Shown here: positions 28,788-38,362 of the stretch, piece by piece
Position numbering within the stretch: the first letter of the stretch is position 1
Layout: each line of letters begins with the position of its first letter
From: an uncultured bacterium
GTDB taxonomy: Bacteria; Babelota; Babeliae; Babelales; Vermiphilaceae
Assembly: GCA_963702025.1 (NCBI GenBank)
Contig: OY969699.1
Span: 384,001 to 448,000 of the forward strand
Direction: 5' to 3'
Length of the DNA stretch: 64,000 bases
The notes under the pieces: model-generated
Databases searched by the model: none
Told to the model about the DNA's origin: nothing
Seen by the model: the letters and a program-made list of their open reading frames with translations, nothing else
Translations under genes and position numbers: made by a program

Positions 28788-30806
28788 CTATGGTTGGGGT
28801 GCTGGAATCCCTACCATTTTACCATAGCTCAATTGAGTTTCTCTGATATTTTTTAGAATTGCATTCAATTGTTTTACCAAATTGTCTTTTCTATCAGGTT
28901 TGGCGAGATTATCAATGTCTGCTAAGATTGCATCAATCTCTTGTCCCGCGCGATCAAGACTTCTTTTGCTTTCTGCATTTTTCTTAAGCAACTCTTGTAT
29001 AGTTTCTTTACACTTTCTAATTTGCTCTTTGCTTTTGTTGAGTTCTTCTTTTAAAAGATCGAGTTCGTCTTTGCATTTCGTAAGTTCTTCTTTTCTTGTT
29101 TGTCCTCGACTTATCATTTGATCAGCGATTTTTGCTTCTTGTTTCAGTTTATTGTTTTCCTCTTCGAGTTGAACTTGTTGTGCTCGCAGTTTTCGTTCTA
29201 CTTCTTCGGCCAGCGTAAGCTTTTGACGGAGATCTTGTACTTCGTTCTTTATTTGTTCATTAACTGCCTGACGTTCTTGTGTTATTCGTTCCTGAGCTCT
29301 TTTGCGCTCTTCTAACTCTGTCTGAAGTTTCTCAAGTCTTTCTTCGGCATCGATATTTACTTCTTTAGAAGCGGTTAGTTGAGCGGTAGCAGTTTGGAGA
29401 TCTTTATTGAGTTGCTCATTTTTACTCTTGAGCTCCTTATTTTCTAAAGTATAGAGATCCTCTAATCTCTTGACTTCTTCTTGCGCCTTGTGCATTACAT
29501 TAATTTCTTTCTTAAGTGCCTTATTTTCATTTTCGAGATGCTCAGCTTTTTCTTTTTCTTTTACATATCTTTCTTCAACTTTACGTAATGGTTTTTGTTG
29601 CTCTTGAGATAGGAGTTTTTTCTTTGCTTCTGCCAATTCTTCAGGCGTTAATATCTGTTTTGAAACGGCGCCTAGATTTTTGTTGAGTTCTTCAATTTGT
29701 TTTCTAAGTGCTTGTTCTTTTTGTTCAGCCTGCGCAAGTTTATCTTGACAATCCTTTAACGCTTTTGGTGAAACCACAGGAATTGCTTCTTTTTTAATCT
29801 TCTCTTTTTCTTGATTTGCTCTTTCCAATGCTTTTTCATATTGCTTGATTTCATTTTCAGCGCGTTGTTTTTGTTCTCGAGCTTGATCAAGTTGTTGCCG
29901 AAGAGCATCGATTTGTTGTTGTCCACCACCGCGTGCTTCTTCTGCTTGTTTTCTAGCTTGTTCAAGTTGTCTGAGTAATTCTGCGGTAGTTTTTTCAGTC
30001 TCGGTAAGTCTTGCCCGTAAGTCTCGACACTCCTTAGCACCTGCGCCTGCATCTTTTGCTCGTTCTTCAAGAGCTCGCATGCGCACAGCAAGATCCCTTG
30101 ATTCAGACGCTAATTGCCGATTGAGAATATCTGCCGCTTCACGTTCCCCTTGTAATTTACGCAGTTGTGCTTCGAGCTTTGACAATTGTTCTAGTGAGGA
30201 AATCTGCTGATTTTCTAAAGCTGTAGCAGCTCTATCACGCTCCGATTGTAATCTTGATAGTTGTGCATCTTGTTCCTCAATCCTTTTTTGCAATGCTTGA
30301 GTGATATCGCGATTTTCGGCCATTCCTTTTTCAATTTCAGCCTTTAATCGTTGTTGTTCAGCGGCTCTTTTTTGTGTCTCTTCCTTTCGCTGTGCCTCGC
30401 GGCGCCGTGCTTCGGTTTCTACTGCTCTTCGTTCTTCTTCGATTCGTTTTTTTCGCGCCGCCTGTTCTTCTTCTGTTCGTGCTGCGGCCCGTTCTCGTTC
30501 GTATCTACGCCTTGGTTCTTGAGGTCCTCTGGCAAGTATATCGGGCCCTTCCATTGCTATCCATGATGATCGTGCTTTTGCAAGATTTTGGGTCAATTCG
30601 TTAACAAGACTATCACGGCCAGCTTGTCGAAATTGTTCGATAATGTTTTTTGCCGTATCCCATTGGGTGGCATTTAATGCTTGATAAAATTGATCTTTCA
30701 ATGATTGAACTTCTTCCGGGGTAAGAGGGGCTGGAGGTCTTTGCATTGCATACAATGGCCCAGAAGCAAAAATTGTGAGCAATAATACTATTATTTTTTT
30801 ATTCAC
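28788..30806 (-). CDS. Secreted long coiled-coil protein
   Basis: AGGAG RBS + GTG start, SP|MQR, extensive E/K/Q/R heptads. Confidence 0.75.
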   Translation of the reverse strand: MNKKIIVLLLTIFASGPLYAMQRPPAPLTPEEVQSLKDQFYQALNATQWDTAKNIIEQFRQAGRDSLVNELTQNLAKARSSWIAMEGPDILARGPQEPRRRYERERAAARTEEEQAARKKRIEEERRAVETEARRREAQRKEETQKRAAEQQRLKAEIEKGMAENRDITQALQKRIEEQDAQLSRLQSERDRAATALENQQISSLEQLSKLEAQLRKLQGEREAADILNRQLASESRDLAVRMRALEERAKDAGAGAKECRDLRARLTETEKTTAELLRQLEQARKQAEEARGGGQQQIDALRQQLDQAREQKQRAENEIKQYEKALERANQEKEKIKKEAIPVVSPKALKDCQDKLAQAEQKEQALRKQIEELNKNLGAVSKQILTPEELAEAKKKLLSQEQQKPLRKVEERYVKEKEKAEHLENENKALKKEINVMHKAQEEVKRLEDLYTLENKELKSKNEQLNKDLQTATAQLTASKEVNIDAEERLEKLQTELEERKRAQERITQERQAVNEQIKNEVQDLRQKLTLAEEVERKLRAQQVQLEEENNKLKQEAKIADQMISRGQTRKEELTKCKDELDLLKEELNKSKEQIRKCKETIQELLKKNAESKRSLDRAGQEIDAILADIDNLAKPDRKDNLVKQLNAILKNIRETQLSYGKMVGIPAPQP

Positions 30807-30990
30807 TTTTTCTCCTTTTTTTAGAATAAAAACTAGTATTGTTACTAGCAGTTTTTGATTTATAGAGTCAATAGAATCCCTAAAGTGCTTAAATTCCAAT
30901 TTTACCATATTCAGGAAAGAACTATGGTTACTTTGGTTTCCCATTACTTTTGGGTATACTTGAAATTAAAATTTAAACTTAAAGGCCATT

Positions 30991-32250
30991 ATGTTACGTG
31001 TTAAAGGTACCAACGATTTTTTAGATCTGAGCTTATACAACTACATTCTTACTACTATAAAGAAGCATCTTGCACTTTATGCTTTTAGTGAAATTGAGAC
31101 CCCGATCCTAGAGCATACCGAACTTTTTAAGCGCACTCTTGGCTTGCATACAGATGTAGTTAATAAAGAGATGTTCATCATAAAATCGCATGAGCAGCAT
31201 GAGGAGTCGGAGCAAGATAGTATATGCCTTCGGCCGGAAATTACCGCTTCCATGGTACGTGCTTTTGTAGATAATGGCATTCAAACAACTCCCTGGAAAG
31301 TTTTTACCTATGGCCCCTGTTTTCGGTACGAACGTCCTCAAAAAGGAAGATTCCGAGAATTCCATCAAGTGAGCATTGAGGTTATAGGTACAGCGGCAGT
31401 TGCCCAAGATGTACAATTGATCACCATGCTTGATAGATTGTTCCACGAAGCATTGAAGTTTAATAATTACGCCTTACTTATTAACTATTTGGGCTGCCCT
31501 GAGGATCGGGTAAACTATCGTGCGATTCTTAAAAAATTTTTAGATGATCAACCGAGTATATGCGCCAATTGCATGGAGCGTAAAGAAAAAAACATTATGC
31601 GGGTATTTGATTGTAAGGTTGAGCAGTGCCAAAAGATATATCAAAATGCGCCCAAAATAACCGATTATTTATGCGCGGCATGCGCCCAAGAATGGCAACA
31701 GGTGCAGCATGATCTTGAATTGATGAGCGTTACCTTCAAAGTGCAGCCAACCTTGGTGCGCGGGCTGGATTATTATAATAAAACGGTTTTTGAATTTGTG
31801 AGTGGCTCTTTGGGAGCGCAAAATGCCTTTTGCGGTGGCGGCAGATATGAGCAATTGGTAACCCAAATAGGTGGCAAAACGGATGAAAAATCTATTGGCG
31901 CAGCCATCGGTTTTGAGCGCCTGCTTATGATGTTGGAGCCGTTTAAGGACTCAATGCCATTGCCTCAACCGCCCAAATTACATGTGGTTTTACCTCTTGG
32001 TCAAGAGCAGCAGATGCTAGCATTGTTACTTGCCGATGAACTTTATGCAGTTGGATTGTGCGCTGAAGTATTGCTGGAAGGCGGGTCAATCAAAAGTATG
32101 ATGAACCGAGCAAATAAACTCGGCGCTGCCTATGCACTACTTCTTGGTTCTGATGAACAACAAAAAAATCAAGTAACGGTAAAGAATATGATTACTGGAG
32201 CGCAAGAAACTATTTCTCAAGCTGATTTGGTTGGGTATTTGCAGAAATAG
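30991..32250 (+). CDS. hisS: Histidine--tRNA ligase
   Basis: LRPE.TA, FRYERPQKGR, LVRGLDYY and GGGRY. Confidence 0.97.
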   Translation: MLRVKGTNDFLDLSLYNYILTTIKKHLALYAFSEIETPILEHTELFKRTLGLHTDVVNKEMFIIKSHEQHEESEQDSICLRPEITASMVRAFVDNGIQTTPWKVFTYGPCFRYERPQKGRFREFHQVSIEVIGTAAVAQDVQLITMLDRLFHEALKFNNYALLINYLGCPEDRVNYRAILKKFLDDQPSICANCMERKEKNIMRVFDCKVEQCQKIYQNAPKITDYLCAACAQEWQQVQHDLELMSVTFKVQPTLVRGLDYYNKTVFEFVSGSLGAQNAFCGGGRYEQLVTQIGGKTDEKSIGAAIGFERLLMMLEPFKDSMPLPQPPKLHVVLPLGQEQQMLALLLADELYAVGLCAEVLLEGGSIKSMMNRANKLGAAYALLLGSDEQQKNQVTVKNMITGAQETISQADLVGYLQK

Positions 32251-32256
32251 TTTTCC

Positions 32257-32931
32257 TTAATCAATAATTTCTTTGCCGGTTTCAGAGTTTTTAAGATGGT
32301 AATTTTCTACTTTTCCAGTGAAATCAGGGCGATAGTAAATCATTAAAGGCTGTTCAAAATAGGCAAGGTTATTACCGGCTCCTGCTATTTTATCATCACC
32401 ATTTCCCTGTGCTACCCATATAAGATCATTAACCTTACCATTAAATCGAGGCCGTTCTCCTGAACCTTTAATCTCGGGGTGTTTTTTAAATAAATTATAG
32501 AGTATATCTAATGCTCTTTGGGTACTTTCTGTCCCTAAATCACTATAAAAGACAACTCGAGGAAGATGTTTTTCTCGTAAATGTTCGTCAGTATTAACTG
32601 CTACCTTAAAAATATGAATTAGTCTTTTTAATTCGGGATCATCTTTAAAGGCATCAAGGATCAAAACGATCAATCTGCTTAAATCAGTCCCCGCCGCCGG
32701 CATGAGATGGATTTTATACCGATTCGTTATGGACTTGAGACCAATTTTTTTATCTTCAGCATTCCACGATGATATTTCGCGCAGGGCATTTTGAACGTTA
32801 TCTTGTAGGTCCAGATACTTTATATTAATACTGCGGGTGGGGCTGGTTGCAGAAAATACACATAACCCGAAGAATAATATGGCACAGGCAAAGAAAGTTG
32901 CGCCCCGTAAGCTCTTCCCAATAGTTGCCAT
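32257..32931 (-). CDS. Secreted hypothetical protein, possible phosphothreonine-lyase-like motifs
   Basis: Signal-like N-terminus; YKIHLMP, FKV and PRVVFY. Confidence 0.5.
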   Translation of the reverse strand: MATIGKSLRGATFFACAILFFGLCVFSATSPTRSINIKYLDLQDNVQNALREISSWNAEDKKIGLKSITNRYKIHLMPAAGTDLSRLIVLILDAFKDDPELKRLIHIFKVAVNTDEHLREKHLPRVVFYSDLGTESTQRALDILYNLFKKHPEIKGSGERPRFNGKVNDLIWVAQGNGDDKIAGAGNNLAYFEQPLMIYYRPDFTGKVENYHLKNSETGKEIID

Positions 32932-33797
32932 GCGTTGGAACGTTGTTTCTGGATTGTTTTTGCTGCCTCAAGCGCTTGTATAAAGAACGCTTCAGAGTAT
33001 ACCCAGTTAGATATTCCCTCTTTTATTGCTTTTGCCTGATACTCCCTTGGAATTAGATTGAATACTCCCGGGAAACGATTGACTAACGCTTGCTCCTCGG
33101 GTGTTAATTGTTCAGATATTACTTGGGGTGCTTTTGGGACCGGTAATGGCCGCGGTTGTGGTTTAATTTGGGGCGCTCCTGGCTTTGCCTTTGCCGGCTG
33201 TTGTTCAAACTGTTTTTCATTTAAGGCTGTATTTACTGCCCACCGCCAGAGCTGATATGCTTGCTTTTGATCTTGTATCATCGTAGAGCCCCGTGTAGCC
33301 AATGGATTTGATTCAAACTCGAAATTCCGCCATTTTATCGATTCAACGTTATCTCCACTACGCAAGCCAAGAATATCCCATGCTGTTGAAGAATCGCTAA
33401 GGGGATTTAAGATGAAAAATTCATTTGGATTTCTTTTGGAGTACGCATTCATAAGACTGTTTTGAATATAATTGTAGGCTCCTTTACTTACCTTTGGCCG
33501 CCCGCCATTTTTTTGTTGTTCAAGTAACTTTTTCCGTTTATTTTCAAGTTCATCTTCGATTTCAGTACGGTGTCTGATCATTGATAAATATTTTTCCTCA
33601 TTAATATAGCCTTTTTTATACTGTTCGATTACATCCTTCATATTTTCTTTATTGGTAGCAATCATAGATTCAACAGTGCTTATTTGTTGAGCCAGTGATT
33701 CTTCTTGTCCCCTTGCTTGCGGGAGTTGTTCCATCCCTTTGCTTATGTAGATGATACCCAGAAGGGTAACTAGAGAGATTTTTAATGTATTTTTCAT
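32820..33797 (-). CDS. Secreted hypothetical protein (coiled coil, degenerate J-like segment, Pro-rich)
   Basis: SP|MEQ, AWDILGL and PRPLPVP. Confidence 0.6.
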   Translation of the reverse strand: MKNTLKISLVTLLGIIYISKGMEQLPQARGQEESLAQQISTVESMIATNKENMKDVIEQYKKGYINEEKYLSMIRHRTEIEDELENKRKKLLEQQKNGGRPKVSKGAYNYIQNSLMNAYSKRNPNEFFILNPLSDSSTAWDILGLRSGDNVESIKWRNFEFESNPLATRGSTMIQDQKQAYQLWRWAVNTALNEKQFEQQPAKAKPGAPQIKPQPRPLPVPKAPQVISEQLTPEEQALVNRFPGVFNLIPREYQAKAIKEGISNWVYSEAFFIQALEAAKTIQKQRSNAWQLLGRAYGAQLSLPVPYYSSGYVYFLQPAPPAVLI

Positions 33798-33981
33798 AGG
33801 ATTTTTCCCCAAATTTTTGCCTATTTTTACTAAATATAGTTCTAATTGTAATTATAATAATATGGATTACTAAAAATCTATGATTTTAAAGAAATTATTA
33901 CTTTCGATGAATGACAAGGCTTTTTTTGAGCTGAAATAAGAAAATCGGGCCTAGAATAGCCCTTTGATGCCAAAGATGTTT

Positions 33982-34671
33982 TTATAAGCCAAATAGCCGG
34001 ACCAAGTAATTTCTGAACATATAAAAGAAAATTACCGTAAATAGAATGCCATCAAAGCGATCTAAAAAGCCGCCATGGCCGGGTAAAAGTGTTCCTGAAT
34101 CTTTAATCCCTGCTCTGCGCTTGAGCCAGGATTCAAAAAGATCCCCGATTAGTGAAAGAATACAAACCATTAATGAAAATAATGCAATAAACCACCGCGG
34201 TTTTGATTTGCCCAGTTCCCAAAGTACGAGTACTAATCCGATGCAAGCAAATATCCAACCACCTACAATCCCTTCCCATGTTTTGCCCGGACTGATTTTT
34301 GGAGCAAGTTTGTGAAATCCTATTGTTGTTCCCACAAAATATGAACCGGTGTCAAAACTAAATACAATAATAAATAAGATAAAAAGCAGCGGATGATAGA
34401 GCGGATTCTGGTTCATGGCGATCAAAAAAGTGAATGGTAGGATCGGATAAAATGGCATTATCAGCCAGTAAGAAAGCTTTTTGATACTAAAAAAATTTTT
34501 CCATTCAAAAATAATGATGAGTAGTAAAATAAAACCGAGCACCATGGAAAAATAGATTGGTGGTAGATAGGCAAATAAAGTCCAAAAAAGTATGCCTAAA
34601 ACAAGGCCGGTTGCTAGCCGTTTTGCAAATTGTGATAGGCCATGCTTGGTAAAAATAGTTACCATGTGCAA
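33982..34671 (-). CDS. cdsA: Phosphatidate cytidylyltransferase
   Basis: SPGKTWEG, GDLFESWLKR..GIKDSG and PGHGGFLDRFD. Confidence 0.95.
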   Translation of the reverse strand: MHMVTIFTKHGLSQFAKRLATGLVLGILFWTLFAYLPPIYFSMVLGFILLLIIIFEWKNFFSIKKLSYWLIMPFYPILPFTFLIAMNQNPLYHPLLFILFIIVFSFDTGSYFVGTTIGFHKLAPKISPGKTWEGIVGGWIFACIGLVLVLWELGKSKPRWFIALFSLMVCILSLIGDLFESWLKRRAGIKDSGTLLPGHGGFLDRFDGILFTVIFFYMFRNYLVRLFGL

Positions 34672-35030
34672 TCACCTTCATTAAAAGCATTGGCAATATA
34701 GACCAACTCTAACTGCGCACCTTCTCCATGCACCAGCGCCACGTCAAAACGGTAGGAGCATTCGGCTGTTGTGCGGTGGGCAATATAATGCTTTGCAACG
34801 CTTATTATTTTGCGCTGTTTGTTTGGCGTTATCACATCACCCAAATCAAAATAATTTTCTTGGCGCATCTTTACTTCTACAAATACCAATAATGAGGGCT
34901 TGCTTGCAATAAGATCAATTTCTCCATCTTTTTTGCGGTAATTACGCTCGACTATTTTAAATCCATCGGCAATAAGTTTTTGCGCTACCTTATCTTCTGC
35001 TTCTTTACCCAGTTGTGAACGAAAATGCAT
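34659..35030 (-). CDS. yraN: YraN family nuclease (UPF0102)
   Basis: RNYR..GEIDLI, FVEVK and RFDV. Confidence 0.9.
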   Translation of the reverse strand: MHFRSQLGKEAEDKVAQKLIADGFKIVERNYRKKDGEIDLIASKPSLLVFVEVKMRQENYFDLGDVITPNKQRKIISVAKHYIAHRTTAECSYRFDVALVHGEGAQLELVYIANAFNEGDCTW

Positions 35031-35049
35031 GATCTATCTTTCTAAATTC

Positions 35050-36102
35050 TTATGCTCTAGTCCGAGATGGCGTTTCCAACTTTTGCGCTTCTTTTACCTG
35101 TTCCTTGATTGTATTATGTCTTTCTTTGTCTTCTACGCTCGGTACAGCAAATTTTGCATTGTTTTGCGCAAGAGGAATTTCCTCTATAAATTTATTCGCA
35201 TCAGCCACAATAGTTCCCGGTTTTGATGGCAGAGCAACAGGCGCTAATACTTTTTGTTCCAACGAAGCCAGTTGTGTTTTGACAGTTGGCAGATCAGGAA
35301 CCAATCGCTTGGTGATTGCATGATCGGGAAATTTTTCACCCAAGGTTAATTGTGCGCGCAATGCTGCTTCAGAATTATTTTGTGCCTGCGCCAAAGAAAA
35401 GCTAATTTCAAGAACTTGTGGTTGAGCTGAAGGCAGATCGGGAAGATGCTCTTTTGTTATTAAATCAAGCCGTTTTTGAGCAGCTTTAAAGTTGTTGCCT
35501 TTGAGGTAAAAATTAAAGATATTAGTGTCGCTTTCTAATAATTTTTCTCTGCATTGGGTGGCAAGCAGGGTTACCTGATCAACATATTCTGATTTTGGAT
35601 GGTTAGCATAAAATTGTTGGCAAAGCTTAAGGGTCTCTTCTGTTTTAGTTTGATCCCTATCAGAAGTCAACGTAAGTTTCCAACCGCATTCAATAGCCTT
35701 ATAATGGGCATAAGCGCAACGAGTTGCTCCCGGATAGAGCAGGATAAACTCATTGTAAGCTTTCTCAGCTTTGGTCCATTCTTGCAATTGATAATAAATA
35801 TCCGCCATTTCTAAGAGGATATCTTTGACCATCTCAGGATCGGTACAATTAAGGCGCATGGCATCCAGATATTTTACTGCAGTTGCCAGATCATTTTGTT
35901 TTAATGCTTTTTCTTTGCCTTCTTTGAGTTCAGCAAACGGTTTATCTGCCAGAGGATTTTTTCGAGGAGTCCCTTTTTTACCTTTGCTGCTCAAGTCGGG
36001 GGCCTGTTTTTGGGGAAACATTGAAGAAGAAAAGGCGCATAGGTCAGGAGCGCTAGTAATCATGAGGCCTAGAATGACTATAAAAAGATGGGGGCGGATC
36101 AT
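35050..36102 (-). CDS. bamD: Outer membrane protein assembly factor BamD-like TPR protein
   Basis: YNEFILLYP..YAHY, DRDQTKT and HPKSEY motifs. Confidence 0.7.
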   Translation of the reverse strand: MIRPHLFIVILGLMITSAPDLCAFSSSMFPQKQAPDLSSKGKKGTPRKNPLADKPFAELKEGKEKALKQNDLATAVKYLDAMRLNCTDPEMVKDILLEMADIYYQLQEWTKAEKAYNEFILLYPGATRCAYAHYKAIECGWKLTLTSDRDQTKTEETLKLCQQFYANHPKSEYVDQVTLLATQCREKLLESDTNIFNFYLKGNNFKAAQKRLDLITKEHLPDLPSAQPQVLEISFSLAQAQNNSEAALRAQLTLGEKFPDHAITKRLVPDLPTVKTQLASLEQKVLAPVALPSKPGTIVADANKFIEEIPLAQNNAKFAVPSVEDKERHNTIKEQVKEAQKLETPSRTRA

Positions 36103-36187
36103 AAAGATTCCTTGGCAAGTTGCGGAGAAAAAACGTAGGATTATAGTATTACTATACAAGAAAATGAATAAAAATTAAGGGTGCTCG

Positions 36188-37900
36188 ATGATCACGATAA
36201 GTGTTGTTGATATTCTTCTTGAAAAAAAGATTATTACCAGTGCTCAGGCGCTTGAATGTCAGGCGCTGGCAGAACAGACGGGGCAATCGGTAGAACAGTG
36301 CCTCATTGAAAAAAAATATGCAACAGATGAGGATCTTGCCAAAGCGATTGCTACGCGAGCCGGGCTGCCTTACATTGAAAAGATCACCGATGCAATGGCA
36401 GATTTGGCAACCCTTGCCAAGGTGCCGCTCAAATTTTTGCGTGACAACGTGGTTATCCCCGTTCTGGTGGATAATCGCCTCACCATTCTCACTGCTAAAC
36501 CGAGCAACTTCCAACCCCTTGATGAGGTTAATATGCTTCTGGGAGGCAATGCAAGCTATGCAGTGGCCACCGAAAAAGTGATCATTGATGCGATCAACCG
36601 TTACTATCCGCTGGAAGGTAGCAAGCAGATGATTGCCGCCTTTGAAAAGGAGGAAGAGCTGGGGCCCGAAGAGGTTGATTTTGGTGCAATCGAAGAAAAA
36701 GATATCATGTCGATGGCTTCAGAGGCGCCCATTATCAAGCTGGTTAATAATATTTTATTTCAAGCGGCAAAGCGTGGCGCATCTGATATTCACATTGAAC
36801 CCTTTGAAAAAGAGTTAGAGGTCCGTTATCGTATTGATGGCGTATTGTATCCGGTTATGACACCACCCAAGCGAATTCAGGGGGCTCTGGTGTCTCGTAT
36901 TAAAATTATGGCAAATCTTAATATTGCTGAAAAACGAATTCCGCAAGATGGCAGAATCGATATTAAGGTAGCCGGTAAAGCAATCGATATTCGTGTCTCG
37001 GTGTTGCCGGTGGTTTTTGGCGAACGGATAGTGATGCGCTTGCTTGATAAGAGTCGCAGCTTTGGCGCACTCAAAGATCTTGGCTTTAGCGAGCGGGATT
37101 ATAAATTAATGGAACAAGATATTCATAAACCAAACGGTATTATTTATATCACCGGTCCAACCGGCTCGGGTAAAACCAGTACATTGTATTGCATCTTGGG
37201 TGAATTGAATAAACCGGATGTGAATATTATCACCGTTGAAGATCCGGTTGAATATCAAATGCCGGGTATTGGTCAAGTTGCGGTGAAAGAGAAAATTGGA
37301 CTCACCTTCGCTGCGGCGCTTCGCTCTATTTTGCGACAAGATCCGGATATTATCATGATCGGTGAAACGCGTGACTTTGAGACGGCTCAAATTGCGGTGC
37401 AAGCAGCGTTGACGGGTCACTTGGTATTTAGTACGTTGCACACAAACAATGCGCCTGCCAGTATCACCCGTTTGCTCGATATGGGCATTGAGCCATTTTT
37501 AATTGCGTCATCGGTAATATTGATCATGGCGCAACGATTGGTGCGCAAATTGTGCCCAAATTGTAAAAAGAAATATATGCCGGCAGAAGATCTTTTAGAA
37601 AGCATAGGGCTCACGCAAAAGACGGCTCAAGGAATCACTTTTTATCAGGCAGTTGGCTGTGATGAGTGTAATCAAACAGGCTATAAGGGCCGCTTGGCAG
37701 TTTTTGAATTGATGAGTATGACGGCCGGGATCGCAAAATTAACTATGGAACGCGCTGATACTTCACTCTTGCGTAAGCAAGCAATAGCTGATGGCATGAT
37801 CTTGCTTATTGATGATGGCATCCGCAAGATTAAAGAAGGATTGACCACTATAGAAGAAGTAATTGCGGTGGCAACGATGGAACAAGAAGTGGTGGAATAA
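36188..37900 (+). CDS. Type II secretion / type IV pilus assembly ATPase (GspE/PilB)
   Basis: ASDIHIEP, GPTGSGKT, LRQDPDIIMIGETRD, TGHLVFSTLHTN and tetra-Cys motif. Confidence 0.95.
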   Translation: MITISVVDILLEKKIITSAQALECQALAEQTGQSVEQCLIEKKYATDEDLAKAIATRAGLPYIEKITDAMADLATLAKVPLKFLRDNVVIPVLVDNRLTILTAKPSNFQPLDEVNMLLGGNASYAVATEKVIIDAINRYYPLEGSKQMIAAFEKEEELGPEEVDFGAIEEKDIMSMASEAPIIKLVNNILFQAAKRGASDIHIEPFEKELEVRYRIDGVLYPVMTPPKRIQGALVSRIKIMANLNIAEKRIPQDGRIDIKVAGKAIDIRVSVLPVVFGERIVMRLLDKSRSFGALKDLGFSERDYKLMEQDIHKPNGIIYITGPTGSGKTSTLYCILGELNKPDVNIITVEDPVEYQMPGIGQVAVKEKIGLTFAAALRSILRQDPDIIMIGETRDFETAQIAVQAALTGHLVFSTLHTNNAPASITRLLDMGIEPFLIASSVILIMAQRLVRKLCPNCKKKYMPAEDLLESIGLTQKTAQGITFYQAVGCDECNQTGYKGRLAVFELMSMTAGIAKLTMERADTSLLRKQAIADGMILLIDDGIRKIKEGLTTIEEVIAVATMEQEVVE

Positions 37901-37941
37901 GCTTAATTTAAGGTGAACTCGATCTAAGAAATTTTACCTAT

Positions 37942-38073
37942 GTCCGCTCGTGGTGAGTGATTGCGAAGCAATCATATCGAACCATGCGGACAAAACACAA
38001 TTGATTTTATTACACAAAAGGCCGCATAGATTCGATACGCCTCATTTCATTCGGCTACTCACTACGAGCGGCC
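37942..38073. repeat. Inverted pair of REP-like palindromic elements (BIME-like)
   Basis: 37942-37991 and 38020-38073 are opposite-orientation copies of CCGYTCRTRGTGAG-hairpin-TATCGAAYCAT. Confidence 0.85.
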
Positions 38074-38128
38074 TGAAGAAATTTACCTAAACTAAAGCTT
38101 TTCTATCAATTCTCAGGTCGAACTCGCA

Positions 38129-38362
38129 TTAGTTTAATTTTTCAGGAAGACTGCGCGGTTGATTTTTCTTATAAGAAATGGGAAGGCTATGAATCTTGCG
38201 CATATGAACTTTTAACTCACCGGCAGTTCTAAATTTCTGCAGACATTCTTGGCGTCTTATATTTTTCACCCTGCAGATAACGTCTTCTGCATCATACATG
38301 CACCATGAAATTAATGGTAATAAGAATAAATTGATGAAATAAAAATGTTGAAAGAATTTCAT
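38129..38362 (-). CDS. Small secreted protein with one C2H2-like zinc finger
   Basis: SP|MYD and C...CLQKFRTAGELKVHMRKIH. Confidence 0.6.
   Translation of the reverse strand: MKFFQHFYFINLFLLPLISWCMYDAEDVICRVKNIRRQECLQKFRTAGELKVHMRKIHSLPISYKKNQPRSLPEKLN

Noticed and set aside
32820..33797. Functional DnaJ domain
   Set aside because: AWDILGL resembles J-domain helix I, but the HPD motif is absent.
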